The notes under the pieces: model-generated
Database searches by the model: none
What the model was told of the DNA's origin: nothing
What the model saw: the letters and a program-made list of their open reading frames with translations, nothing else
Translations under genes and position numbers: made by a program
Sequence record: MH383160.1
Strand: one strand, 5' to 3'
DNA length: 64,000 nucleotides
In this document: piece after piece, positions 22,411 to 31,368 of the stretch
How positions within the stretch are numbered: position 1 is the first letter of the stretch
Layout: every line of letters begins with the position of its first letter

Positions 22411-22455
22411 GTTAGGTTCCTTAAGATTAATATTATCATTATATCACATAATGTG

Positions 22456-22483
22456 AAAAAGACTCCATATAGGAGTCTTTTTT
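22456..22483. terminator. bidirectional-type terminator
   Basis: AAAAAGACTCC-loop-GGAGTCTTTTT. Confidence 0.75.
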
Positions 22484-22486
22484 AAT

Positions 22487-23278
22487 TTAACCAATAATCA
22501 TACCTAGTGGTTCAGCACCATCTTGATAACGTTTCAAACGCTCTTTAAGCTGTTCCTGAAGTTGTAATCCTTCATTACGTAATGTATCACCATCCATAGA
22601 AAACGTTCCCTGTGGACCTGGAAGAGAAGCAAATTTGGCACGGTTACGACCCAACATAATCATGGCTTCAGACAATGCCCAATCACGTAGCCAAGGATAA
22701 CTTTGCTGTCTTTGAAACAACAATGGTTCAGGAATATTATGATATACGTGTAATAGTACTTCTTCAGTACCGCGAATATCACGATCTATAATTAATTTTT
22801 TGGTCATTGGGTTAAATTGAAATATAATATCACGACCAAACATACGACCTACCAGTTCTTGGAACTGAAAACTAAAATCATATGTAGTTAGATCATATCC
22901 ACCTGCATTTCGTGCTGAAGTCAATAAGTAAGTGTTGGTGAATGCTAGAGAAAACGGATCTACTGAGTTCCCACTACCAGAACTTAAGTAACCATTACCA
23001 TAACGATAAATCTTTTTAACAATTTCAACTTCTGTTGGTAGCATATATACAGATTGTGAATCATAAAATTTCATATTTAAAAATGCTTCTTCTTTAGAAG
23101 CAGAACTCCACGCTCTGTAATTCGATACCGCATTATCAATTGCAATTTCTAATTGACCATCAGTAATTTCTACCTCAACGGCCCCAGCACCCAACATTTG
23201 AGTGATAACATCTTTCAGTTTTTCACGATGGTCAAAGTTAGGAGCATCAGGGTTTCCACCCATATAATCGTAAGACAT
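22487..23278 (-). CDS. neck/head-tail connector (gp13-like)
   Basis: Start moved to ATG 23278; LGAGAVEVEITDGQL; WLRDWALSEAMIMLG..R.KF...PGP.G; TAAATA at 23310-23315. Confidence 0.85.
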   Translation of the reverse strand: MSYDYMGGNPDAPNFDHREKLKDVITQMLGAGAVEVEITDGQLEIAIDNAVSNYRAWSSASKEEAFLNMKFYDSQSVYMLPTEVEIVKKIYRYGNGYLSSGSGNSVDPFSLAFTNTYLLTSARNAGGYDLTTYDFSFQFQELVGRMFGRDIIFQFNPMTKKLIIDRDIRGTEEVLLHVYHNIPEPLLFQRQQSYPWLRDWALSEAMIMLGRNRAKFASLPGPQGTFSMDGDTLRNEGLQLQEQLKERLKRYQDGAEPLGMIIG

Positions 23279-23328
23279 AAAAAAGCACCTCATTAATGTT
23301 TATATACATTATTTAGAGGTGCTAATAG

Positions 23329-23547
23329 TTATTTTGAATTATACAAGCAGTACAGGTATACCAATGGAGTAAAATGCTCGGAATCTATTATATATATTAA
23401 CTGAGTAACATATATTCCATATAGATCTCGTGATTTATCTCTGTACATTAACAATGATTTATTTAAGTAAGGATCAACCCAGTACTTAATATCATTGTAC
23501 TTCAACGTGTTGTTACGGTAACCTGACAGTTTCGAATTTTTATTCAA
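23329..23547 (-). CDS. hypothetical protein
   Basis: 72-aa ORF overlapping upstream stop. Confidence 0.5.
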   Translation of the reverse strand: MNKNSKLSGYRNNTLKYNDIKYWVDPYLNKSLLMYRDKSRDLYGIYVTQLIYIIDSEHFTPLVYLYCLYNSK

Positions 23548-23917
23548 TTTTCTTACAATTACTCAGTAAGTGAATGATATCATCAGCAGTGAATGGTCCC
23601 AATACCAGAACTTCTTCACCATTACCGAAAATGCTCAATGGTACTGATTGCTGACCAGCTAGATATTCAATTTGTTCCAGTTCGAAAATGTCATCAGCAG
23701 CATAAACTACCTGCTCCATTTCATTATCTTTAATCCATGACTGCCAATGTTCTTTAAACTTCTTAGCTTCGTATTCTTGAACATAGTTAGGTGATTCAGG
23801 GTTGTATTGATGTAACATAGTCATCCCAGCCATTACTAATTCTTTAGGGGATGGTGTAGAATCTTTCAGTACTACGATAGCTTGGATAGTTTTTACTTTA
23901 ACGTCATTAGCAGCCAT
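23540..23917 (-). CDS. degenerate peptidyl-tRNA hydrolase 2 (Pth2)-fold protein
   Basis: IQAIVVLKD, W...EQVVY, LVLGP...I..L pattern of Pth2; GK..AQ..H and DAG.T motifs absent. Confidence 0.5.
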   Translation of the reverse strand: MAANDVKVKTIQAIVVLKDSTPSPKELVMAGMTMLHQYNPESPNYVQEYEAKKFKEHWQSWIKDNEMEQVVYAADDIFELEQIEYLAGQQSVPLSIFGNGEEVLVLGPFTADDIIHLLSNCKKIE

Positions 23918-23929
23918 TATATACCTCTA

Positions 23930-24247
23930 TTATAGAATGATTTTATTCTCAGGAACGAAAACTTTTGGAGTGTTTTCGATTGCTTTAATAGCATCAACAT
24001 AAGCATCAACTAATGCAGGGTTTGCATCACTAACACTAATAATGTTGGATTTATAAAAAATAACATTTTTCTCCATACTAACAAACTCTAGATAATCACG
24101 AAGAATGATTTCACCATTTTCGTCAGTCCCTAGTTGTGCTGGGTAGTTAACTACAACAGCTTCAGCAGAATCGGTTTGAAGAACTGCTAGTACTGGGCCA
24201 ATGTTATTGATGTTTAGTAGTTTAACGGTCATAGTCATTTTTGTCAA
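23930..24247 (-). CDS. hypothetical protein (possibly Sm-like fold)
   Basis: 105-aa ORF packed in operon. Confidence 0.6.
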   Translation of the reverse strand: MTKMTMTVKLLNINNIGPVLAVLQTDSAEAVVVNYPAQLGTDENGEIILRDYLEFVSMEKNVIFYKSNIISVSDANPALVDAYVDAIKAIENTPKVFVPENKIIL

Positions 24248-24257
24248 GTCCTTTTGT

Positions 24258-24734
24258 TTATTTTAGAATGTATAAGTGTTTTTCTGCATTGACCAGTCGG
24301 TGATCAATGATTTCTTTGATAACGTTCCAGTTACCGCCGCCCAAATCGGCTCCAATTTTCGGGAAGTGTACATGAACATCTCGATCAACTTTACAAAAAT
24401 AATTTAGATGTTTGAACACATCGTCGATTGCATCATAACTGACATATTTAGCACCGTCATTACCGTACATTTTTTGGGTAATACAGTTTGCAATAATCAA
24501 ATTATCGTTAATTGCTGAATATGCAATTTGTCCAATTCTAAGAAATCCCATTTCCTTTTCATATGCTTTATAATCATCATATGCCATTGGGTAACGATTT
24601 CTTAGCTCTTTTGCAAAACCTGAACCCATTTTACCCTGTGCGTTACAACCATGAGCAATTATATGTATTGCTGTTTTATCATCTGTAACAGTACTGAATA
24701 ATTCAAACAGATTACCTCGGTGTTCATGAATCAT
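24258..24734 (-). CDS. macrodomain (Poa1p/T4 Tk.4-like ADP-ribose processing)
   Basis: HRGNLF, IAHGCNAQGKMGSGFAK, FPKIGADLGGGNW. Confidence 0.9.
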   Translation of the reverse strand: MIHEHRGNLFELFSTVTDDKTAIHIIAHGCNAQGKMGSGFAKELRNRYPMAYDDYKAYEKEMGFLRIGQIAYSAINDNLIIANCITQKMYGNDGAKYVSYDAIDDVFKHLNYFCKVDRDVHVHFPKIGADLGGGNWNVIKEIIDHRLVNAEKHLYILK

Positions 24735-24783
24735 TATATTCTCCGAAAAGAAAGGACTCTGTGGTCAGAGTCCTTATTTTAAA

Positions 24784-25041
24784 TTATTCTTCTTCACCGA
24801 AACGGATTTTCTTTAATTCTTTTCGATGCTTTCTAGCTATTGTACTTTTGTGAAGTCTATTACTGCGTTTTGTGTCTTTTGTAATGTACCATGAATCTTC
24901 TGGTGCATCATAATCACAAAATCCATCTTCCGTAATTGTTCCTAAAAATGCAGATTTTTTAGGAATATTAGTTTGAGCTTTAGCCTGAAATTGACCTTTT
25001 GCTAATTGTTCACGAAAACTGAGCATAATAGTATCTCCCAA
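24784..25041 (-). CDS. hypothetical basic protein
   Basis: 85-aa ORF; start uncertain. Confidence 0.6.
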   Translation of the reverse strand: MGDTIMLSFREQLAKGQFQAKAQTNIPKKSAFLGTITEDGFCDYDAPEDSWYITKDTKRSNRLHKSTIARKHRKELKKIRFGEEE

Positions 25042-25072
25042 ATTGTTAAGAAGAACTTTTTGTTCTTCACAT

Positions 25073-25324
25073 TTATTTAGGGTTGCCAGAAACCTTCACA
25101 TATTTGATAAATGCCAAAATATCATCTTTACTAAAAGATTTTACAATAAATTCGACAGCGGAATCATACTGTTCTTGTTTAGATAGATATTCTTTCATCT
25201 TGTTAATTTTAATCTGGGCTTTTTCTTTAGCTATTGAAATATCAGGAATTTTGAACTCTACTCCCAACGTATCAGCTAGTTGTTTTGCACGAGATGATAC
25301 TTTTTCAATATCCATTAGTTCCAA
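25073..25324 (-). CDS. hypothetical protein
   Basis: 83-aa ORF overlapping glutaredoxin stop. Confidence 0.65.
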   Translation of the reverse strand: MELMDIEKVSSRAKQLADTLGVEFKIPDISIAKEKAQIKINKMKEYLSKQEQYDSAVEFIVKSFSKDDILAFIKYVKVSGNPK

Positions 25325-25563
25325 CGACCTTCTTTAAGACCTTCAATAAACCCAGTACAACCACCTGGTACATAAATGTCATTTACGAAAATTTGAGGAA
25401 CTTGACGAACTGGTTCACCACAAATTTCAGACAGTTTTGAACCATCGATACCTTCAGCAACAATATCTACAAACTCCATTTCAAATTTATTTTGTTCACA
25501 TACAGCTTTTGCAGTGTCGCAAAATTTACAACCAGTCTTGCGACCATAAATTTTAACTTTCAT
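25315..25563 (-). CDS. glutaredoxin
   Basis: IYGR..CKFC, VPQIFVN, GGCT. Confidence 0.92.
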   Translation of the reverse strand: MKVKIYGRKTGCKFCDTAKAVCEQNKFEMEFVDIVAEGIDGSKLSEICGEPVRQVPQIFVNDIYVPGGCTGFIEGLKEGRWN

Positions 25564-25564
25564 G

Positions 25565-25997
25565 TTATTTCCTTCTATTTCTTTGAAAAGCTTTAACAGC
25601 TTTAATAATACTGTTACACATTCGTTCAGTCAAATACTTTTGACATTCTCGTACATCAATGTACATGAACTTATCCAATTCTGGATGACTCTTACCATAT
25701 CTATTAGTGTAAGTACTTTTACAAACTAATTCATCTGGTATTGGTTTGTCTTTGGCAGTATAAAAGAAAAGTACTAACCTTTTTCCCTTTCTATAGGATA
25801 CATCACCAAGAAACAGAAGATCATCTTCATCGATTTCGTATCCTGTCTCTTCGAAACATTCACGTACAGCAGCTTCTTTGAAAGTTTCATTACCCTCAGC
25901 TTTCCCTTTAGGTAAATCCCAATGATTCTGTCCGTGTTGTATGTCCGATAAGTATCTGACCATCACGATAAAATATTATACCACAACTATAACGCAT
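25565..25997 (-). pseudogene. Nudix hydrolase with a +1 frameshift after codon 21
   Basis: Nudix box GKAEGNETFKEAAVRECFEETG; natural N-terminus MRYSCGIIFYRDGQILIGHTT from ATG 25997 joins GQNHWDLPKG if one base near 25934 is removed. Confidence 0.75.
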
Positions 25998-26038
25998 ATC
26001 TTATCTCTTTGTCATCAATCGATGTTCAGATACTAATA

Positions 26039-26066
26039 ATTATATCAGTTATTGGTTTTTTGTCCC
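26039..26066 (-). promoter_or_regulatory. GGGACA-N16-TATAAT promoter
   Basis: Minus strand TGGGACAAAAAACCAATAACTGATATAAT. Confidence 0.65.
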
Positions 26067-26073
26067 ACTATTT

Positions 26074-27186
26074 TTAGAACATTTGTTTGATTGCTTCGTA
26101 ACGAAGTTCACAAACAAAATCACGAATTTCTGACGTTTCAAGTTCACCATCTTTGACCATTTGCTGAATATCAGGCAATTCAACATCAGTATAACGATCA
26201 TAAACTTTAATAATTAGATCTTCAAGTTCTAAATCAATTTCTTTTCGCAAAATGAAGTATTCCAAAACTTTATAAAGGAATTCTTCACCTCCGTTATTTT
26301 TAATATTCATATCCAATAAAATATTACCCATTTCAATAGGGGTCTTTTTACGGAATGTTTTGATATCATCACGGAAACGTTTGATATAATTACTAAATTT
26401 AACATACTTAACTGGAACTTTAATAGCACCGTTAAGTACTGAATCATTATTTACTTCTTCATTTTCAAGAAGAATAGACCACAGAAAATATGGTTTATAT
26501 ACATCCGTACAGTTCTCTGCAATATAATCAATAAGGTCTAAATTCTTTTTGGTCAAAGATGTATTAAACACCTTTTCGTAATAACCAAATTTACTTAGCG
26601 TCTTAAGGAACTTTGCAGGCTTTTCTTCGGAAAATGCTTTTTCGAATTCCACAAAAACACGGTCAGGAACAAGATGATTTAACTCACCACTATTGACCAT
26701 TCCAATAGCGAGTTCCTCAGTGCTTTCATGGATAGTAAAGTCAGAATAACGAGTAGCAAATCGAGCAAGACGTAACACACGTAATGGATCTTCTTTAAAA
26801 TGGTCAGAAACATGACGTAGTACCTTGTTCTTGATATCAGCTTTACCACCGTATGGATCGATATGAATTTGTAGTACTGGATCATACGAAATTGCATTTA
26901 TTGTTAGGTCACGGCGATACAAATCTTGTTCGAGTGTTACGCCTTTTGTATCCACTTCAAAGCCACCATATCCAGTACCAGTTTTACGCTCAGTACGGGC
27001 TAATGCGTGTTCATTACCTTCTGGACTTAGATATACAGGGAAATCCTTACCTACTTGCTTATAGCCAATACTTTGCAAGTACTTAATATCAGATTCAGTT
27101 GCTCCGACAATGACATAATCTTTGTCTTTTGCACGAAGACCCATTAAACGGTCACGGACGTAGCCACCAACCAAATACTTTTTCAT
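26074..27186 (-). CDS. cca: tRNA nucleotidyltransferase (class II CCA-adding enzyme, no HD domain recognised)
   Basis: LVGGYVRD, DKDY, VGKDFPV, DLYRRDLTINA, EDPLRVLRLARF. Confidence 0.93.
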   Translation of the reverse strand: MKKYLVGGYVRDRLMGLRAKDKDYVIVGATESDIKYLQSIGYKQVGKDFPVYLSPEGNEHALARTERKTGTGYGGFEVDTKGVTLEQDLYRRDLTINAISYDPVLQIHIDPYGGKADIKNKVLRHVSDHFKEDPLRVLRLARFATRYSDFTIHESTEELAIGMVNSGELNHLVPDRVFVEFEKAFSEEKPAKFLKTLSKFGYYEKVFNTSLTKKNLDLIDYIAENCTDVYKPYFLWSILLENEEVNNDSVLNGAIKVPVKYVKFSNYIKRFRDDIKTFRKKTPIEMGNILLDMNIKNNGGEEFLYKVLEYFILRKEIDLELEDLIIKVYDRYTDVELPDIQQMVKDGELETSEIRDFVCELRYEAIKQMF

Positions 27187-27187
27187 A

Positions 27188-27310
27188 TTATTCCCCCATC
27201 AACCAATCACGCAAACGTTCCCAGAAGCCTTTAGGCTTATATTCTGGGTATTCATATTCATCAGTGCCTTGCTCGGAAACACCCCAATCTTCTTCTAACA
27301 TAGCAATCAT
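27188..27310 (-). CDS. small hypothetical protein (40 aa, below track cutoff)
   Basis: GGAGG SD; MIAMLEEDWG...RDWLMGE* fills the gap exactly. Confidence 0.65.
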   Translation of the reverse strand: MIAMLEEDWGVSEQGTDEYEYPEYKPKGFWERLRDWLMGE

Positions 27311-27321
27311 AATGCCTCCAA

Positions 27322-27744
27322 TTAAATTAATCTATCACGTAGACGGTCGTAATATTTTGCATGTATATCTAGTATACACTGAAATGATGGATAGTCAATA
27401 CTAAATGTATCATCAATGAACATGTACTGATCAAGTGTTTCAGGACCATTATCAACAACTGGCAATGAACCTTCTTTTTTTGACAGTGTGTTCCACATCA
27501 ACTCATATGTAGTATCGAAAATTGCGTATGTTAATTCTATCTTACTTTTTCTAAGTGTAATTAATAATTCATCATTCTCTACTAACGAGTTTCGTATTTT
27601 TATACGTACAGTACCCTGAAATTTATTAGTGGTTAGTTCTCTATATTGATTATACGAAATTATGCCTCGTATTTCAGTACTGATTTCTTGTTCAGAAAAG
27701 AACCTTAATGTATTGTGGAAATTTGGTATTTTACGAATGTCCAT
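27322..27744 (-). CDS. hypothetical protein, paralog family A
   Basis: C-terminal ETLDQYMFIDDTFSIDY. Confidence 0.7.
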   Translation of the reverse strand: MDIRKIPNFHNTLRFFSEQEISTEIRGIISYNQYRELTTNKFQGTVRIKIRNSLVENDELLITLRKSKIELTYAIFDTTYELMWNTLSKKEGSLPVVDNGPETLDQYMFIDDTFSIDYPSFQCILDIHAKYYDRLRDRLI

Positions 27745-28141
27745 TCAAACTCCTTTCGTATATATGGTATACGTTCATTATACTATTATATAGATCAAAG
27801 TCAAATCCAAATGTGTCATCAATGAACTGATATTGCAGATATTCTTCATATGAAGCATCAATTGGTAATGATCCAGAACGAATATCATCTGATTTAAAAT
27901 CGTCAATGTATCTTAATGTTATGTCTTCATCAACCGTGATATCTATCATCAACGTATCGTCACTGTACCATAGGTTGTGTATACGGATGTAAAGTCTCTT
28001 AGTACGATTAAAACTAGATACATTGGTGCGATGAAGTTTGTCTAAATCGAAGAAAAAACCTGACTCGTTCTTACTTATGTTTTTAATATGTTCTGCAATC
28101 GGTTCAATTATATGAACAATGTTGAATGTTTTCATAAACAA
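27731..28141 (-). CDS. hypothetical protein, paralog family A
   Basis: C-terminal EEYLQYQFIDDTFGFDF. Confidence 0.7.
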   Translation of the reverse strand: MFMKTFNIVHIIEPIAEHIKNISKNESGFFFDLDKLHRTNVSSFNRTKRLYIRIHNLWYSDDTLMIDITVDEDITLRYIDDFKSDDIRSGSLPIDASYEEYLQYQFIDDTFGFDFDLYNSIMNVYHIYERSLNGHS

Positions 28142-28317
28142 ATCTCATAACGGTTTGTGTTTGGATCATAGCAATAATTATCATTAACTTTAACACCAGG
28201 TTTAAGTGTTATTGTTGTTCCTACTTCAGTACTGGGTTCTGCATCACAATAAATCATCACACCAACCCCGACTAGTAAGGATATGATACATATAACTATA
28301 CATATTGTATATTCCAT
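28132..28317 (-). CDS. small membrane protein
   Basis: N-terminal hydrophobic helix; GGA SD. Confidence 0.6.
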   Translation of the reverse strand: MEYTICIVICIISLLVGVGVMIYCDAEPSTEVGTTITLKPGVKVNDNYCYDPNTNRYEICL

Positions 28318-28330
28318 AAATTTATCTCCA

Positions 28331-28726
28331 TTACAAAAAGTAATTATAGAGTTTATTGTACAATATAAAAAGGTCTTTCACATTATCATAAGTAATATCA
28401 GATACATCATGAATTAATGATAACTGAAAAAATGAAGCTTCGTCTATTTCTGCTGGAATTATAACATCACCATCGTCTTCGTCCATTTTATTGGTGTAGT
28501 ATTTTATGTGATCTACATTCAACTCAATAGAGAACGCAATGTTGGTTTTTGTATAATCTTCAATTAATCCAATATATTGAGATTTTTCATTAATAAAAAA
28601 TCCAATCCCAACACAACGGTTATCTGGATATGGATAGTACCATCTATTAATAACTAGGTGTTCAGGTAAGTCCATATCATGTGTTGATATTAGAGATTTT
28701 ACAATTTCCATCCAGGAATAATTCAT
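28331..28726 (-). CDS. hypothetical protein, distant member of paralog family A
   Basis: C-terminal DEASFFQLSLIHDVSDITY. Confidence 0.65.
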   Translation of the reverse strand: MNYSWMEIVKSLISTHDMDLPEHLVINRWYYPYPDNRCVGIGFFINEKSQYIGLIEDYTKTNIAFSIELNVDHIKYYTNKMDEDDGDVIIPAEIDEASFFQLSLIHDVSDITYDNVKDLFILYNKLYNYFL

Positions 28727-28745
28727 AATTAAAACTCCATAAGAA

Positions 28746-28770
28746 AAGGGACAGAATTAATCTGTCCCTT
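28746..28770 (-). terminator. intrinsic terminator
   Basis: AAGGGACAGA-ATTAA-TCTGTCCCTT. Confidence 0.8.
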
Positions 28771-28781
28771 TAGTATATATA

Positions 28782-29114
28782 TTACTCTTCGTTTTCTGTC
28801 AAATCATCAAGAACTGGGTGTTCTGGATGGTTTCGGCGGTGTAATTTAATGCTTTTGTCTTTACTGAATACAGTTTCCATCTTATCAAAAGATTCAACAA
28901 TTGCTTTATACAAATCAGCATCATCAGCAGTTACTGATTTACTACCAGCAGTTAAAGTTACAGCATATTGAGTTTTATGCTCTTTCTTAACATGAACACC
29001 AATGTCTAGTACTGAAGAAGTACGGTACTTATCCAGACTTTTTGCTTCATTGTAAATAGCATCTTGGATTGCTGGAGTGATATCAACGTTGCCTTGAATA
29101 TTTAGATTTAGCAT
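28782..29114 (-). CDS. hpf: ribosome hibernation promoting factor (HPF/RaiA family)
   Basis: MLNLNIQGNVDITPAI..., DLYKAI...DKME pattern of short HPF. Confidence 0.8.
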   Translation of the reverse strand: MLNLNIQGNVDITPAIQDAIYNEAKSLDKYRTSSVLDIGVHVKKEHKTQYAVTLTAGSKSVTADDADLYKAIVESFDKMETVFSKDKSIKLHRRNHPEHPVLDDLTENEE

Positions 29115-29130
29115 ACTTCACCTTCCTTTT

Positions 29131-30057
29131 TTAGAGTGAACTTAACAACAAATCTGCTCGGTTTGTAACTTGACGATACCATAAGGAATTCATAATTTCT
29201 TTTTTAAATTTCTTAGGGTTATCATTTTTCACACTTTTCCAAAGTTTATTAAACGTTGCTAATTTATCAACACCCATTGTATAGGACATTTCATAAAGAA
29301 TACGTTGTTGTTCTTTGGTCAGATTTACTGCTTCTTTTTTCTGCATCAATAATAAAAAGTCATTATATGTTCTTTTCATATCTTGCATTAAAAGTTTATT
29401 GGCTTGAGCTTTGGTAATACCGTTTCTGTACTTAATCGCATCAGATTCTTTTCTACCCAAATAATGCCCATAACCTATTGTATAATTACCTTTCATGTCC
29501 TTGTAGGGATGAAATTTAGAATTGTGGAAAGGAACTCCGACTTTCCCACCAAGTAAACGGCGTTTGTTCTTGGACTGAAATTCAATTGAACCTTCAGCTT
29601 CTTTGATGTGATTGACAATTTCTGGATCATTATAATCAAACAGTACAGTCACATCTGGTAACAATACGTTCTTCAAATCCTCTTTTGTTGGGATAAAGAT
29701 ACCCTGAGAAGTATGAAGAGTAGCATTTAAATTGATATTTTTCAACAAAATAACATACTCTTCAAGTTGTACATTTTTAGGTTTAAACTTTTTAGCAATA
29801 GAATAATAACTATCACCAGGTTGAACCGTATAATGCTTCTCGCCGCGTGGAACATCCTTTGATATTTCTACCTTTGGTAATTCCTGCTTTTGAATTTGCG
29901 TAACTTGTGGTTTTAAATTGTGTACCTGACTTTCGTCCGATGATGATACACGATCATTTTGAGAAAAACCATAAAATCCAATCGCAGCGACAAGTACTGT
30001 GCAAACTAGAACACCATAAGTAGTCTTAGTTTTCAGTGCTTTTTTCGCTTGTTTCAA
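29131..30057 (-). CDS. LysM-domain lysozyme with N-terminal membrane anchor
   Basis: TTG start with GGAGG SD; hydrophobic helix; LysM HYTVQPGDSYYSIAKK; lysozyme EAEG...D..GNYTIGYGH. Confidence 0.82.
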   Translation of the reverse strand: MKQAKKALKTKTTYGVLVCTVLVAAIGFYGFSQNDRVSSSDESQVHNLKPQVTQIQKQELPKVEISKDVPRGEKHYTVQPGDSYYSIAKKFKPKNVQLEEYVILLKNINLNATLHTSQGIFIPTKEDLKNVLLPDVTVLFDYNDPEIVNHIKEAEGSIEFQSKNKRRLLGGKVGVPFHNSKFHPYKDMKGNYTIGYGHYLGRKESDAIKYRNGITKAQANKLLMQDMKRTYNDFLLLMQKKEAVNLTKEQQRILYEMSYTMGVDKLATFNKLWKSVKNDNPKKFKKEIMNSLWYRQVTNRADLLLSSL

Positions 30058-30173
30058 AACGCCTCCTTTGTTGATTGTTAAGATGGGCAATCACAAAGAT
30101 GGCAAAGAGGCCATTTGCAAAAGCCTCATCGGACTTTCTACAGTACAAAAACGTTCTTTTCAAATGTTTAAGT

Positions 30174-30201
30174 AGTATAGCATATTTTTATTTTATTACA
30201 A
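30174..30201 (-). promoter_or_regulatory. sigma70-like promoter
   Basis: TTGTAA-N16-TATACT with TG extension upstream of the lysozyme. Confidence 0.5.
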
Positions 30202-30225
30202 GATATATTTACCATAAAAACCACA

Positions 30226-30636
30226 TTAATCGTAGTAGGTTCTACCTACAGTGATGTGATATTTAAAGTACTTGGTTGGTAGTCCTAGTTCATTTCTAAT
30301 ATGTGTGATGAAATCATCTTCAAATTCAATGATAAAGAATGAACCTGGATTCTTTTTATCTTTTACTATCTCAATACAAGGATTGAACTTTATCTTTACT
30401 TTCATTCCATCGTACTTTTTCCAGTACTCTGGATTTGGTGGCACTTCACCACGAACGATACTGACATGTGCTCCCCATTGTGGGTCTTTAATATCAATAT
30501 GTAAGTCAGTTCTGATGAAGTACTGGTAGTATCGAACCAACTGTAATGGAAGTTGTAGTACTAACCAGAAGTCCTTCTTCTTTTTCATAGTGCCACGGTC
30601 TGGATCATACACCAGAGTTCCTTCCATTTCAATCAT
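30226..30636 (-). CDS. 2H phosphoesterase-family protein
   Basis: Two HxS/T motifs, AHVSIV and YHITVG, about 68 aa apart. Confidence 0.7.
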   Translation of the reverse strand: MIEMEGTLVYDPDRGTMKKKKDFWLVLQLPLQLVRYYQYFIRTDLHIDIKDPQWGAHVSIVRGEVPPNPEYWKKYDGMKVKIKFNPCIEIVKDKKNPGSFFIIEFEDDFITHIRNELGLPTKYFKYHITVGRTYYD

Positions 30637-30643
30637 ATTTTAC

Positions 30644-30847
30644 CTATAAATTTACATATATGTTTTTATTTTCAATACGAACATATGTTTCCAAAACGTC
30701 TTTAGGAATTTTATTACTTGTTTTGTACCATGTAGTATTATCTACTAAAACAAAAGTTTCACCGTCAGTTTCACCAAATGTACTCAAAGCATAAATGAAG
30801 TAATTTGGTGCTGCACTACAATAGATATCAGCATTGATTTCAATCAT
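30644..30847 (-). CDS. hypothetical protein
   Basis: Start probably MIEINAD at 30847. Confidence 0.55.
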   Translation of the reverse strand: MIEINADIYCSAAPNYFIYALSTFGETDGETFVLVDNTTWYKTSNKIPKDVLETYVRIENKNIYVNL

Positions 30848-30851
30848 ACTT

Positions 30852-30983
30852 TTACACCACAATAAAACTTAATACAACAAGTGTAATAAACACACCCACA
30901 ATAGCAGTCATTTCTGGGTTTGCATCATATGTATAGCGTATACATTTTAGAAAATCTTTACCAAATTTCTTTAGTCCATTCAT
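30852..30983 (-). CDS. small membrane protein (43 aa, below track cutoff)
   Basis: AAGGA SD; MNGLKKFGK...IVGVFITLVVLSFIVV*. Confidence 0.6.
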   Translation of the reverse strand: MNGLKKFGKDFLKCIRYTYDANPEMTAIVGVFITLVVLSFIVV

Positions 30984-30994
30984 ATATTTTCCTT

Positions 30995-31351
30995 TTATTT
31001 CTTGTGTAAAGGTTCATCACTTTCATAATAAATTGTATCATTATTTCGCTCTATAGTAAAGCTCTTTTGACACAACTCTTCAGCTAAACCCTTTGCATAG
31101 TTTAATACATCTCGGTTGAGATATACTTCTTCTTTTGGAAAGCGTGGGTACTGAATAATACGAGCACACATCCCACTTTCAAGACCACCAGTGTAGATAT
31201 ATTCACAGGGAATTAATTGTACACAAAAGCCATGCTTAAACGCAAATTTTCTTGTGTATTCTCTTGCTGTTTGAATATCACCAGCAATATGGATATTCCA
31301 GTACTGTGTCTCCACTGTACCTTTATCGATGTATTTCATACTCATCTCCAA
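30995..31351 (-). CDS. hypothetical phage protein
   Basis: 118-aa ORF; start uncertain. Confidence 0.7.
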   Translation of the reverse strand: MEMSMKYIDKGTVETQYWNIHIAGDIQTAREYTRKFAFKHGFCVQLIPCEYIYTGGLESGMCARIIQYPRFPKEEVYLNRDVLNYAKGLAEELCQKSFTIERNNDTIYYESDEPLHKK

Positions 31352-31368
31352 TTATAGCACTAAAAATC

